DNA of 63,481 nucleotides, filler included, from Octopus bimaculoides (taxonomy: Eukaryota): assembly GCF_001194135.2 (NCBI RefSeq). It is 5 parts of 5 records of this genome, joined end to end, with 100 filler letters (N's around TTAATTAATTAA, not from the genome) between each part and the next. Parts side by side here need not be neighbours in the genome. Positions count along the whole stretch, not along the records: positions 23,144 to 38,770 come from NC_068992.1; positions 38,871 to 63,481 come from NC_068993.1; 3 more parts are not named here. One strand, 5' to 3'. Each line of letters starts with the position of its first letter. The first letter of the stretch is position 1. The position numbers and the translations under genes are program-made. This document shows, piece after piece, positions 26,768 to 39,707 of this stretch. The notes under the pieces were generated by a model that saw only the letters and a list, made by a program, of their open reading frames with translations, did not search any database and was not told where the DNA came from.

Positions 26768-29405
26768 TTGGATGTCGACGGCACCAATAGTAGTGCCTTT
26801 CAACTGATAGCAGTTTATGCACTGTCCTTAACAGGCTGGCCAGATTTCTTTCGACGTCTAGAGGTTTTCTTGGGAACGCCTCGACCTTTACTTTTAGTGG
26901 GGGATTGGAATGCTACCCTGGACATGCATCTAGATTACGCAGGCAGCGATAGCAATAGAAAGGGATGAAAATGCCTCAAAGACCTGCTCAGACGTTTCCA
27001 ACTGTCTGACAGGTACCGATTGGACCACCCGAATGTGCCAACGTGGACATGGAGTAACCGCATCGGGTCGTCCAGATCGTATTTAGATAGGGTATTCTAT
27101 AGGACAGTGGATAAGCATAGAGTAGGTTGTCCACATTTCCACATAGTCAGCTACTACACAGACCACAAATTTGTCACTTGTACGCTTGACTTAGATAAGA
27201 CACATAGACAGGGTCCCGGTTACTGGAAGCTGAACGCGTCTTTCACGGCACGCCAGGTTTAGAGGGACCGGATTAGCACATTAGTTAAGAGAGCATTAAC
27301 GGGTGCCATCATCAACAACAGATGGTGGTATGCCCTAAAAAAAGCATCAAAGTAGAATCGGTTAGGTACAGTAAGGCCCTAGCGTTAGACCGAAATAAAA
27401 TAGAAGGAGACCTAGTAAAGAAATTAGAAGAGGCACTTAGGACTGGCATCGCGTCCAACGTAGTGGCAGTGAGGTTGGCCCTCGACCATGCGTTGTCAGA
27501 GCTAGGATTCGTGCTCTGAGGGACGAGGGAGTTGGAGCGGCCCGAGAGGCCCGAGTAGCGGAGGCGCAACGAGGCAACAGAACCTCCATTAGGTCCCTAA
27601 CAGATGAACGTAGGCGCGAATTACTCGAGCCTGAAAGGATGTGCGAGGCTTTTCAACAGCACTTTGCCCGATTGTTCGGGACAACTGGTGGGTCAGAACG
27701 CAGAGTGGACTTTAGTGCCTACCTGCATGACCTGCCACGACTCGCAGCAAGGGAGGCGGAGTGTTATGAAAGACCCATCACAGCCGCAGACATACGGGAT
27801 GCGATGGCAGGCTGCAAGGGAGACAAGTCGCCAGGCTTGGATGGTCTGCCCTACGAACTTTATTGTCATATGCCAGACTTGTTTGGAGGCGTCTTGGCAG
27901 CTGTCTACTGCAACTGACAGTAAAACAGGAGTATCCCCGTCTTTGTAAAGCGAGGAGCGGTGGCACTGCTAAAGAAAGATCCAAACAAGATAATTTCAGG
28001 ACCACCACTCTGCTCAACGCAGATTTGAAAATTTTGGCCAAGGTGTTAGCCGAGAAGTTGGCGCTTGTCATCTAGAAACTAGTTGACAAGGCGCAAACGT
28101 GCGCACTACCGGGTAGGAGTATCCATGACAACCTCCATCTGATCCGCTACATCATAGACAGGGTAGTTAAGGAACCTTGCATGGGTGGGGCGTGGATCAA
28201 TTTGGATCAATCAAAAGCCTTCGATATGGTAGACCATCACTACTTGGAGGCTGTCCTCATAGCGGCTGGTTTCGGTCCCGTCTTAACCGGGATAAGTCAG
28301 GGGGCTTGCGGCTTGGCACCTGGAGAAGCAAGCCCATGCCGTCTAACAGCGTCTCCACTGTGGGACGCTGGACCGATGGGCCGGATAAACTGCTCGGAGT
28401 CTGGTTCGGTCCGGACCTCCACATGGAGAAGAACTTGGGCGAAATAACGACTAGGGTGGCCACTCTCACACAGCAATGGGCCTAGAGAAAGCTATCCCTA
28501 AAAGGTCGGGTGGAGGTGGCGAACGCGTATATCGCGTCCGTCATCGAATACCGTCTGACTGTCGTGCCTTGTCCCGTCCTTACCATCACCAAACTGGAAC
28601 GCATACTCTTCCGCTTCTTGTGGAAGGGAAGCGTTAGGCGATCCATTTGCTGTCAACAGCCGCTAAATGGAGAGCTGGGTATGCCGTGGTTGATGATGCG
28701 CAGACATGCACTGAGACTGCGACATCTCAGGCGCTTCATAGGCGATGGTGAACAGGTGTGGTCGCCGTTCGTGCGGCGCGCTTTCCCGCAGCTCGTCTCC
28801 TTAGCCGAACTGCAGTCGTGGATTAAACAGAGACCTAGGCTAGGCGAATGGCACCGCGAGTGTTGCGTTGCTCTTAAGCAACTCTGCCGTCCGGGACCAA
28901 ACTTGTGCAACTATAATTCCACAAAAGCGTTCTATAGAAGATTAGTGGAGGGGAGGTGCGACGACAATCTCGGGCAGAATCTGGGCGTCGACGAAAAGGA
29001 AGGTGAGAATGGAGAGGCAGGTTTTGTCTCGTGAAAGTTTCATTAAAAGGTGGGTGAATGTAGCAAAGATGGTGCGTGCGAGTGACGATATCTCTTTGAG
29101 CATGATCCTGTAAATCGAGAAAGATAAAAAGAGAGAGAGAGAGAGAACACCTTGCTCTAATGTGTCTATTCCCTGGTGAGGTTACCGTGGTCTTTTCCGT
29201 AGGCTTTTCTCTCCATGGATAAACCTAATGTTAACTTTTTTATACATCTAAAACATTTTCTGTGATACACGATACACGATCCCTTTTGATCGTTTTTTTT
29301 TGTTTCTACCGATTCCTTTTGATCGGATTTTTTTTTAAAGAAAAGCTCAACAATTGTATTTGTCCCCTCCTGTGTGCAGCCCTGTGTGGCTAATAAAAGA
29401 AAGTT
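26768..29405 (+). mobile_element. Decayed Tx1/L1-clade non-LTR retrotransposon (APE endonuclease + RT), antisense in an SLC6 intron
   Basis: APE motifs (LIAVYA, LLVGDWNA, TWTWSN..SRSYLDRVF, TDHKFV, GPGYWKLNAS); RT motifs (KSPGLDGLPYELY, RTTTLLNADLKILAKVLA, NLDQSKAFDMVDH, DKLLGVWFG); many stops and frameshifts; A-rich end near 29400; 5' end in a gap. Confidence 0.92.
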
Positions 29406-29723
29406 ATCTATCTATCTACAGTATATAATGATTTCCAATAAACGCTGTCTACTACTGCCTTACATGGTTATCAGCTCTAGATATCTGTTTATCAGATTTC
29501 TGATCGGACATTGTGTTTGTACATGCACAGATATACATATAACTACACATATGCCCATATGTATTTACACTAACATACACGCACAAAGACGCACATATGC
29601 ATCCACACACATTCACACACAGGTACATATATATACACACACACACATACACACACACACATGCACAGCCAGACAAACAGACAGACATAATATTAATAGA
29701 ACGTAATAGGTGTGTCAGGTTAC

Positions 29724-29848
29724 CTCCTTTGGCTAAATTCTCGATTTCCACATTTGATTCGGTCGATAAACCCCCTAAAACACTGAAGATGACAAAACCT
29801 GCGATGATACTAGTCACCAGATCCATCACACTGATGATGAGAGAGTCT
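29724..29848 (-). CDS. SLC6 transporter exon (TM7): DSLIISVMDLVTSIIAGFVIFSVLGGLSTESNVEIENLAKG
   Basis: gtttcag acceptor, g|gtaacc donor; TS..AGFVIFSVLG motif; 125 nt, phase 2-1. Confidence 0.96.
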
Positions 29849-30469
29849 CTGAAACAGACAGAATAGAATATTAATAAGAATTACGAGGAAAGTTGTGGCG
29901 TTCAATGGATTTCTGAACGAAACTAACGCTGTGAAAGAAGTGACGTCACCCAACTATTGAAACTGGCCGCACGGTTTCGATACCCTACGAAGTTTGCCAT
30001 GAAATAATGATTAATTCTACCCAATAACAGTAAGCCATATGTTCATAGTAGTGAGTACTAGTTAATCTCATTGACAACCCCAGAAGTATGTTAGTATTTG
30101 CGTTGGATTTGAACTCAGTACAAAAGGAGTTGCAATTACTGAATAGCAAATAACATTTTTGCCCGGCTTCATCCCAGCTACGAGAAGGTAACTCTGTATA
30201 AATCTTGCTTCCTGATAAACTATTGGATTCGTGACACTTTTTACATCAGACCAATACAAGTTTGAAGCCCGAGTGAGTGGGACTGGATCTGCTCAAATCA
30301 TGTCCACTGTTATAATATTCCTTTTGCAAGCTGTTCAGTAGAGCAAGACACCAGTACAGCTGGTAGTAATAATAGCTGATAATAATAATAGCAGTAGTAG
30401 TAGTAGTTATATTATTATTATTAGTAGTTATATTATTATTAGTAGTAGCAATAATAGAACGTAAGAAAT

Positions 30470-30810
30470 ATAAGACGTTGTGGGACTTTAACATTCAGAC
30501 TGAGAGAGTAAAAGAAGCTAGAAGGCTTGATTTTGTAGTAATAAATAAAGAGAATAGAAAATTCCAGATAATTGACTTTACAGTCCCAAATGATGAAAAC
30601 GTTAATATGAGAAGTATAGAGAAAATAGCAAAGGACCAGGACCTAGCTATTGAATTACAGAGACTATGGAGACTGTCCATTACAGAGACTATCCCTAAAG
30701 ATTTAAACTGATGGAGAGAGGAAATAAGCATAAAAGCCAGTTTAGTGCAGCTCCAGAAAACAGTGTTATTAGGGACAGCTAGGAGACTGTGGAGGGTTCT
30801 TGGCAACTAA
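30470..30810 (+). mobile_element. R4/Dong-type non-LTR element 3' fragment (restriction-like endonuclease domain)
   Basis: WDFNIQTERVKEARRLDFVVINKENRKFQIIDFTVPNDE...EKIAKDQDLAIELQRLW...LQKTVLLGTARRLWRVLGN*; AAT/ATT-rich repeats on both sides. Confidence 0.85.
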
Positions 30811-30970
30811 GGTTACTTGTAGCCCGATGCCAGGAATTTTTCTTTTCCTACAGTCTAATCTGTAGTGTGTATATGAATAATAATTATAATGATAATAATA
30901 ATAGTAATAATGATTAATAATATTGCTGAATAGTCAAACAATGAGAGGAAACATTCCAAGTGTTACTTAC

Positions 30971-31074
30971 AGATAAATATTATTATGAAACTTGTTGTAA
31001 CTCCCAAACATCATAATTCCTCCAAAACACACACTGAGTGAGAAGAACATTTGACCTGCAGCATCCACCCACAA
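30971..31074 (-). CDS. SLC6 transporter exon (TM6): [34 protein letters not shown]
   Basis: ttttcctgaag acceptor, ct|gtaagt donor; W.DAA.Q.FFSLS...GG....SYN.F.NN motif; 104 nt, phase 0-2. Absent from the ORF track. Confidence 0.95.
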
Positions 31075-31726
31075 CTTCAGGAAAACAAAAAATATTAAAA
31101 ACAACAATAATTTGTAAGAAAATCTGAAAATGGGTTTGGAGTCTTTAAGAAGATTGAAATTGTGTTCACCAGTTTCATGAACTTTTGATTTTCAAAACCA
31201 GGGAGAAGGATGGATGTGGATTTGTCTCTATAAGTGTGTGTGTTTGTGTAGGTGTATGTGTGTGTGTACGAGTGTGTGTGTGTGTGTGAGAGAGTTATAT
31301 ATGTGTGTGTGTGTGAGAGAGAGTTATATATGTGTGTGTATATTCGAAATGTTATATATGTATGCGTATGTTTGAAATGTTTTGTATAAACCGGTTAATG
31401 CGGTATATTGAAGGTGAACGAAAACATTCTTGAAAATCTCAAACTACTTTGGCAGTAACTATCTAAGCTGATTTATTCTAGTTGTAGCATGTTCCAAATA
31501 AATAAAGATCATCGATTTTCTATTGTGAATGCTTTTCCTGTCGCCAACTCTTACTTGTTTCCAAACAAGGTAATATTTTCCCTTGTCCTTGAAACACAAA
31601 CAGGACTGGTCAGTAATGTTTTTGCAGAAAATAAGAAACGAATGACACCACTTGTTCGGTGTTGATTCAAATTTACAACCATCAAACGTTGTTAGGACAA
31701 GGAGATTTACAAATACACCCAAGTAC

Positions 31727-31842
<116 letters not shown>

Positions 31843-32329
31843 CAGGATTATTTCAGTTTCAGTCACACAAATCCACTTATAAGATTTTGATCTTCCTAGG
31901 GTTGTACTCGGAGACACCATCCCAAGAGTGTCAAGCTGTAGGATTGAACTGGAAACCATTTGGTTGAGAAAGACAGCCATGCCTGTCGTTATATAAAAAA
32001 CAGTAAAAATATAAGTATCGTATTTATATGTAGCCAACCCTCATTGCCCTAGCATAAACACATCCCTCCCTCTGGAGGAAGCTGTGTATGTTAGGAGACC
32101 ACAATAGTGCTGCTGGAACGAAAAGGCACCCATTACACAGTGTAAAGTGGTTGGCGTTAGGAAAGGCATCCGACTGTACGAACCATTCCAAAACAGACAT
32201 TGGAGCATGCTGCAGTCCTTGAAACTATTGGAACCTATCAAATTTTCCAGCCCATACTAGCAAGGAACATGGACGTTAAATGATGATGAAATCATAATCA
32301 GGTAAACAGCAAATTCTTTGAAAACTTAC

Positions 32330-32464
32330 CGATAAATCACTAAATTTGTCCCAGTCTGGAATTATAAACTTCTTTATGCCTTTCATGGCTCCAGGCATCG
32401 TACATCCACGGACTAAGAGAATCAGAAGAATGATATAAGGAAATGTTGCTGTGAAATACACCAC
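32330..32464 (-). CDS. SLC6 transporter exon (TM5): [45 protein letters not shown]
   Basis: ttttcag acceptor, gtaagt donor; [10 protein letters not shown]...RG.T.PGA is the SLC6 signature; 135 nt, phase 0-0. Confidence 0.97.
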
Positions 32465-32960
32465 CTGAAAAAGAGGTTTTAAAGAAAAAATTACTAATGG
32501 ATCGAATACGTTACAAATATGTTACGAACAGGTATTCGTCGTCTCCGGTGTTCGAATCTGTCGAATTGTATTCAGAACAAATATGCAAGTCCTTGAAAAT
32601 TATTATTTTTATAATTGAATCAGACAGTTGTGTAATGATCTGTTTTATTAGCGACAGAATCAGTATTAGTCCAGTATAGTATTTTGTATATCTAACGAAA
32701 CGTAGATTTACAGCAAGAAAATAATACCACTGTAGTATTCATTATAAAAAAACATATGCTAAAAAGCACAGGAATATATTCGTAGCAGGCAAAAAGCGTT
32801 TAACGCCTGGAAGCTATTTGTCTGCTACTGCTTTGATTTCCATTAGCATTATACGTCTATATGAGATGCTTTCTCGTGAAGAATACTGCAGTTTTGTGGC
32901 TTTCTACAGTATATCCATGTAAAGTAAGGTATATATAATGATTATGCATGTACGTACGTA

Positions 32961-33014
<54 letters not shown>

Positions 33015-33720
33015 ACATACACACACGTGTTTTTCCCTGAAAACGAATCGGAGGTGGGACGAAAAAGTTCGATGTTGGCACCATTCTTTAAGAGAGATGG
33101 CTGAGATTTGAGGAAGATATAGCTACTATTTCTAGCAAGTCAAAAGACTGCGTAGAATGTCTTCTGCATGATGCATGTACGTATATATATATATGTATAC
33201 ATGTGTACAATTTGCATGTCTTAGTAAACAGTCTCTCATTCACATTACATAACTCCCAACAAGAAATTAATTTTACATGAATATAAATTCCACTTGGAGG
33301 AACAATTCGCTTCTCTTAATAGCAACTCTGATGATTTGGAAGGTTTCCGCGTTCCTCTACCATTTTACAAGTAAAACAACTTATGTAACAGTCGGCGTAT
33401 GTTTGTAAGAGGGAGTTTATTATAACATTCATGACGTGGCAAACAGTGGAATATCGAAACGGGAACCACAACAGATCTATAAAGAACTCTTCATAAGAAA
33501 CAGACGGGAATGACATGGTTAAATGCTTGTGATGTGCCGTGGTGGCCACTTTTTTTTTAAGGAAGATAATTATCTCTAGATAAATCTTGGAGGTATTAGT
33601 TTTAAATTTAGATCTATAATCAAGGAACAAGATGCTTAGAATATATATAATAAATTTGTTTTTGGTTATTCGTTACAAAGTTCTTAAACGTTTTTAATCA
33701 CAGGCAATCATTTATCTTAC

Positions 33721-33859
33721 CTTTCCCGATGATTTTACACCTTTATACAAACAAGCCACAACAATTATCCATGATAACAGTAAACACAGTGACAAACGCC
33801 AAAGTGGGATGCCAATATTATCTGGGTCCAGGCCCGAAGATTTCTCGGTGACCTCTAAA
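33721..33859 (-). CDS. SLC6 transporter exon (TM4): LEVTEKSSGLDPDNIGIPLWRLSLCLLLSWIIVVACLYKGVKSSGK
   Basis: tcttcag acceptor, aag|gtaaga donor; W.L.LCLLL.W.IV...L.KGVKSSGK is the diagnostic SLC6/SNF motif; 139 nt, phase 2-0. Confidence 0.95.
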
Positions 33860-33912
33860 CTGAAGATAAAAAATGTAAGACATAAAACGAAGTTCGTATA
33901 CACACATGCACA

Positions 33913-33964
<52 letters not shown>

Positions 33965-33968
33965 TGCA

Positions 33969-34000
<32 letters not shown>

Positions 34001-34399
34001 CTCACACACACTGTTTCAATACAAAAATGTTCAAGATGAAATGCTGTGACAACGTAATAACAGTCTTGCGTTGTATGCATTATTGAATAAATGGGCAAGC
34101 TATGGAAACACACGTAGCATAAATTAATATATATACATATATAAATACACACACACACATATTGTGAAGGCACATAACTTAGTGGTTAGGGTGCTGCACT
34201 CTCGATTGCGAGAACGTGGATTCAATTCTCAGACTGGGCGCTGCGTTGTGTTCTTGAGCAAAGCATTTCATTTCACGTTGCTCTACGATCATTTCGACAT
34301 CTGACATGTGGCATCCGTTACAGGTAATGTCGATCTGATAGAAGTAAGCTTATGTCTACACAAACATTGGATCACTATAAACAAATCATCTGTGTGGTT

Positions 34400-34581
34400 G
34401 TTAGGCAAGAAATTGCCGAACTCTCATATGTCGCCCCTTATTGCAGCCCCTATTTGTTCCACGTACTTCTCGGGATTTTTGTTCACTGTTACCAGGGCTC
34501 CGACAATTATTGGTATTACTGCAACCTTTTTCATCGACCACAACTGCTTAACTTCCCAAGCTAACGTGTCATATCTCTCGA

Positions 34582-34582
<1 letters not shown>
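34400..34582 (-). mobile_element. Second R4/Dong-type RLE fragment
   Basis: ERYDTLAWEVKQLWSMKKVAVIPIIVGALVTVNKNPEKYVEQIG matches the KY.DL..E...LW.....V.P.VVGALG pattern; abuts (ATT)n. Confidence 0.75.
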
Positions 34583-34649
<67 letters not shown>

Positions 34650-35400
34650 TCACTGGCTGGAATCGAACGCGGAATCTTGGGGTTAGTAGCCTGGGCTTTT
34701 AACCCCAAGATTTCGCGTTCGATTCCAGGCAGTGACCTGAATAATAATAATAATAATAATGATGATGATAATAATAATAATAATAATAATAATAACATCG
34801 AAAAATGCCTTAGGAATGAGAACGCAAGTTCGAAATTTCCCCAAGACACTTGATGAAGGTTGGAGGGTAAATCAGCCGAAACGTTGTGTTAACAACAAAC
34901 AAGATGAGGACAAATATTCGTCAAATGTAAATAATGTTAATAATGTACACAATTTCTGATCTCTTAAATATAGAACTGTATTTTGTAATGTTCAATGAGT
35001 GTGTCCATACGTTGGTAATCATAAGATTTCAAAATGTATTTGTTTAACAGTTGAGTTCTTGACAACTGTAGTAAAATGACTGACCTCTTCCTTTTTGTAC
35101 ATCGTAGAAGGCTCCAACAAGCCGAATTTTTGGAATACGGTTTTGACCAGCCCTCATGCAGCTTAAACGTCACAGTTTCATGGGCGTACCGGTATTACTG
35201 GCATAGATCCCGCCTTCATTTTAACCAGTAAGCTTGCGGTTTACATATAATGGTTTTAAGAGTGAGCAAACTTAGTTGGTTCCAATCGTTTTTATCTCAA
35301 TTGATGGGAGTCTTCTGTAATTTGTTTGCATTCATGTTTTAATCCACATCATTAACTGGTTGTTTTAACAACAATAATATAGCAACCAGTACACTATATA

Positions 35401-35446
<46 letters not shown>

Positions 35447-35509
35447 GTGTGTATGTGTATGTATGTGTATGTGTATGTATGTATGTATGTATGTATGTAT
35501 GTATGTATG

Positions 35510-35548
<39 letters not shown>

Positions 35549-36305
35549 ATATATATATATATATATATGAACATTATTATTTCTAAAAATAACAATGTTA
35601 GTTGTCGCGAGCGTAAAAGCTGTATAGGCAAAATTAATAATTATATATACGATATATAAATATATTTATATATACTGGCACTTATTTCTAAACCGCTAAG
35701 TTACCGGTTGTCAAGTTGTGGTGGGTGATAAAGAGACCCAGCGACACATACACACACATATGTACGATGGACTTCTTTTATTTTCCTTCTACCAAATTCA
35801 CTCATAAGGCTTTAGTCAGCCCGAGGTTGCAGTGGAAGAGGCTTGCCTAGGGTGCCACGCAGTGGGTCTGAACCCGGAACGATGGCGTTGGGAAGCAAGC
35901 TTCTTACCACATAGCCAAACCTGCGCCCGTAATATAATGATAAAAAAAAAACAATTTTTGCATGTAGTTCATTAGTATTCTTAACAGCTTTCCTCCTGGC
36001 ATTAAACACCACACACTTACGTAATTAAAACATAATTAATTTAAAAGTGATGTACGTTCACGTCTATATACATTTGTTTTGTGCTGCTTTCATTTATAGG
36101 TCTTAAGTATGCATTGCACAAATTGAAAATAACCAGTTTAAATATACCGTTATCGATGAAACTTCGAAATAACTCTCAGCAATTTACAATATGTGTGTAT
36201 AGCAATGAGTAAAGAAAATGCATATGTAAGAAGAGAAGCAAACAAAACTTACAATAGACATGAATTAAAAGCAAAGTAAAGGAAGGAAAAACAACAAAAA
36301 CTAAC

Positions 36306-36475
36306 TCGAAATAAAGAGCTGGGGCTGTTATGAAGTTTGTTCCGTTAACACAAGAGATATTGTAACCAGGTTCATTTAGGTCTTCGTTGCATATACAACC
36401 GGCCTTGTCAATGGTTGCATTTCCTGTACACATTAGTCTTTCTGAGACACAACTCATTGTTGTTCTGTTGATAAA
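36306..36475 (-). CDS. SLC6 transporter exon (extracellular loop 2): FINRTTMSCVSERLMCTGNATIDKAGCICNEDLNEPGYNISCVNGTNFITAPALYF(D)
   Basis: tttcag acceptor, ga|gttagt donor; 170 nt, ends in phase 2, which joins the next exon in frame (ga+t = Asp). Ends with a PALYF motif at the position of the SLC6 EL2 PxxEYF-like motif. The 5' boundary is less certain (alternative AGs nearby). Confidence 0.75.
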
Positions 36476-36919
36476 CTGAAATACATAAAATCAGAATGAT
36501 GTTATAAAGTAAAGATTATACGCATACGCTCGCGCGCACACACATGTATATATTTATAGGCACACAAACAAAATATGAACTTACATTTGAGGTGTTAAAG
36601 GAAAGAAGTTCGAAGAGATGGAATGTAAGATCGTTTTATCCTATGATGGAATAAATCTACAGACACCGACCCCCAGAAACAACTGTTGGATTTGTAATAC
36701 TGTTCCTCATCCCCTTTAATTCTTTATATCATTTATTTTCTGTGTAAGTCGGACCTTTTTATACGTATACATTATATATATATATTGTATTTCATGTATT
36801 TAATATACTTTATATATTGACCTGTCTAACTTGCTTGTGTCGACATTTACTTCTCTACCCGTTCAAGTTTAAACTTCTTGACCACTACTAAGTTTGTTCT
36901 ATATGGAGAACACACATAC

Positions 36920-36994
<75 letters not shown>

Positions 36995-37449
36995 GCGCGA
37001 CAGAGAATGAGAGAAAAAGATTTTTGGAGTTAGCGGTCAATCATGGCAACTGGCTGGACAAAGGTAGTTTGACAGGAGAGCTAAGAAGAAGGGGAGATAA
37101 TAAAGTATTGGTGATCCCAAAACGAAGTTACACGTGCGTGTGTGTATGTGAGAATGTGTAAGTGTGTGTGTGTGTGGGTAGGGGTTATATATATGTAGGT
37201 ATAAAGGAGGTAGTCAGAATTTTTAATAAGTACTAGGCTTACAAAGAATAAGTCCTGGGGTCGATTTGCTCAACAAAAGGCGGTGCTCCAGCATGGCCCC
37301 AGTCAAATGACTGAAACAAGTAAAAGAGTAAAAATAGTCTATATACTGGTGTGTGTGTGTCTGTTTTATGGTAAAATATATTCATTGCTACAGTAGATAT
37401 AAATTCTACAGTGTATATAAATTCTAACGTGAATGTTAAGAAACGGTAA

Positions 37450-38110
37450 TGCATTATGTCGTGAATTTGAAAGAGGAGTGAAGGTTGTTCAGAGTGTTAT
37501 TGAATATTCTTAATTGATCGGGAAAGATAATGCAGTCATCGAGGAAGCGTTTCTCTTTTCAATGACATATTTATTGAAATTTTGATTCGAAGTTTTCTCT
37601 ACTTTTTCGTATAGTTTTTGTTCTAGAAAACCCATAACCAAAAGTTAGGATATGTGGGTGCAAATTTCATCCTCGTAACTGTGCCCTTTATTTGTCGATA
37701 TGTTTTATAATCAAAGTTAAAGATGTTCTCCTCTAGTCTAGTACTAGGCGTGCAACCTTTGTAATGAAATCCGTTTTGAAGTGTTTGTTTATCTTATCTC
37801 AATGTTTTTCTACGCAGTTTTTGATTGTTTCTCGGCTCAAAGTGTGACATATATTAGCATGAAGGTTACTAACAACGAAGGTTGTGAGGATAGTCCCTTC
37901 TGTGACAACAGGTGGGATGTATTTGTCTCGTACATAGCTGGGTATTATTGGTCATAAGGTTGAAGGTATATATTTAACAAATGACTCAAAATAAATAATT
38001 AAAAGCACCGTAAAAAAACCTTTCCGATAAGATTTCGAGACTGTCTGCTAATGAAGCAATGTTTAGTGAACATGCGGAATATAACACAGCACAAGCCCGG
38101 GTCGGGTATA
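37450..38110 (-). mobile_element. Penelope-like element reverse transcriptase remnant
   Basis: Minus-strand TILTTFVVSNLHANICH (FDV.SLY.NIP-like) and YKTYRQIKGTVTRMKFAPTYPNF (Y.Q..G.AMG...AP..AN-like). Confidence 0.7.
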
Positions 38111-38268
38111 AAGAAAGAATTACATACTCACCAAATATTGTACCAATGAATGTATATAAAAATGGATCTAGGATTAAAAGGGAGAATTATGCAGATAAAC
38201 AAACTCGGTAACTAATCAAAGATGTAGGAAGTGGGATGAATGTGGATTTGCATACATACATACATACA

Positions 38269-38304
<36 letters not shown>

Positions 38305-38724
38305 CATACATACATACATACATATATACATACATACATACATACATACATACATACATACATACATACACGTGTGTGTATTTACGTTTGTGTATTTATA
38401 TGTGTGTACGCATATATGTGTATATATGTGAGAATGCATGTATAAACTCTCTCATGCACCAAATGTCAATTCCTGAAGTAAAATTCGTGAAGTAAAATTG
38501 TGTAGCAACACCAAATGGCGGTGCCCCAGCATGGCCACAGCTCATGAGCTGAAACTAGATAAAATAAAATAAATAAATAATAAAAAATATGTGTATATAA
38601 ATGTCTATAAAAATATGTATATGTTGTGTGTGTATATATAAATTTTTATATATATGTGTCTGTATCTCTGTGTGTACGCATGTATGGATGTTGGTGTTTG
38701 TATGTGTGCACACACATATATATG

Positions 38725-38770
<46 letters not shown>

Positions 38771-39646
38771 NNNNNNNNNNNNNNNNNNNNNNNNNNNNNN
38801 NNNNNNNNNNNNNNTTAATTAATTAANNNNNNNNNNNNNNNNNNNNNNNNNNNNNNNNNNNNNNNNNNNNGTAAGAGGAACTTGTGTGAGACTCTAGTGT
38901 GTAAGATAGAAAGCGTATGTATGTGTATGTGTGTGTATGAAGGACAACTTTTGTGTGTGTGTGTGTGTGTGTGTGAATGTGTTTGTGTGTGTGTGTGTAT
39001 GAAAGAAGCAGAGAAAAAGCACGAAATGGAAGGTATGAGTGCATGCGTGTGTGTGTGTGTATGTCTGTGTGTGTGTGTGAGAGTGTATGGACATGCATGG
39101 GTATGTAGACGTGTATGCACGTGTGGAGTGTGTGTGCGCGCGTGCGTGAGTCAGTGTTAGAATAAATGCAGACATGATAGATTGACTTATCACAGTGTCC
39201 GCCGCTGCCACCGCCGCCATCACCACCGTCCTTTTCTCCTTGGAAAAGCCAAGCACCAAGCAAAGAGAGCTGGGATCAATTTCAGTTAATTTTCTTCAAT
39301 GAAAACAAATGTAACCAGCCATCTTGAATACAGATTAGGTTGTTCTACAGCCCTGCTTGACTCAACATTTCAACCCCCCCGACCCCCCCACACACACACT
39401 TACGACACACACAAATACATACACAGGTACACACACTCATATTTATCTTTTTCTTCCTCTCTCTCTCTCTTTCTCTACCTGTTTGTCTCTTAGCCTTTCT
39501 ACCTCTATATTTTATCTATTTTTCTCTTACACACTCAATCTATCTGTCTCTCTACCTCTACACACTCCCCTCTTCTCCCTCTCTCTCTCTCTAACCTATT
39601 CCAGTTCTTTCTTTCTAAATATACAGCCATTTATCTTCTTGGATTG

Positions 39647-39707
<61 letters not shown>

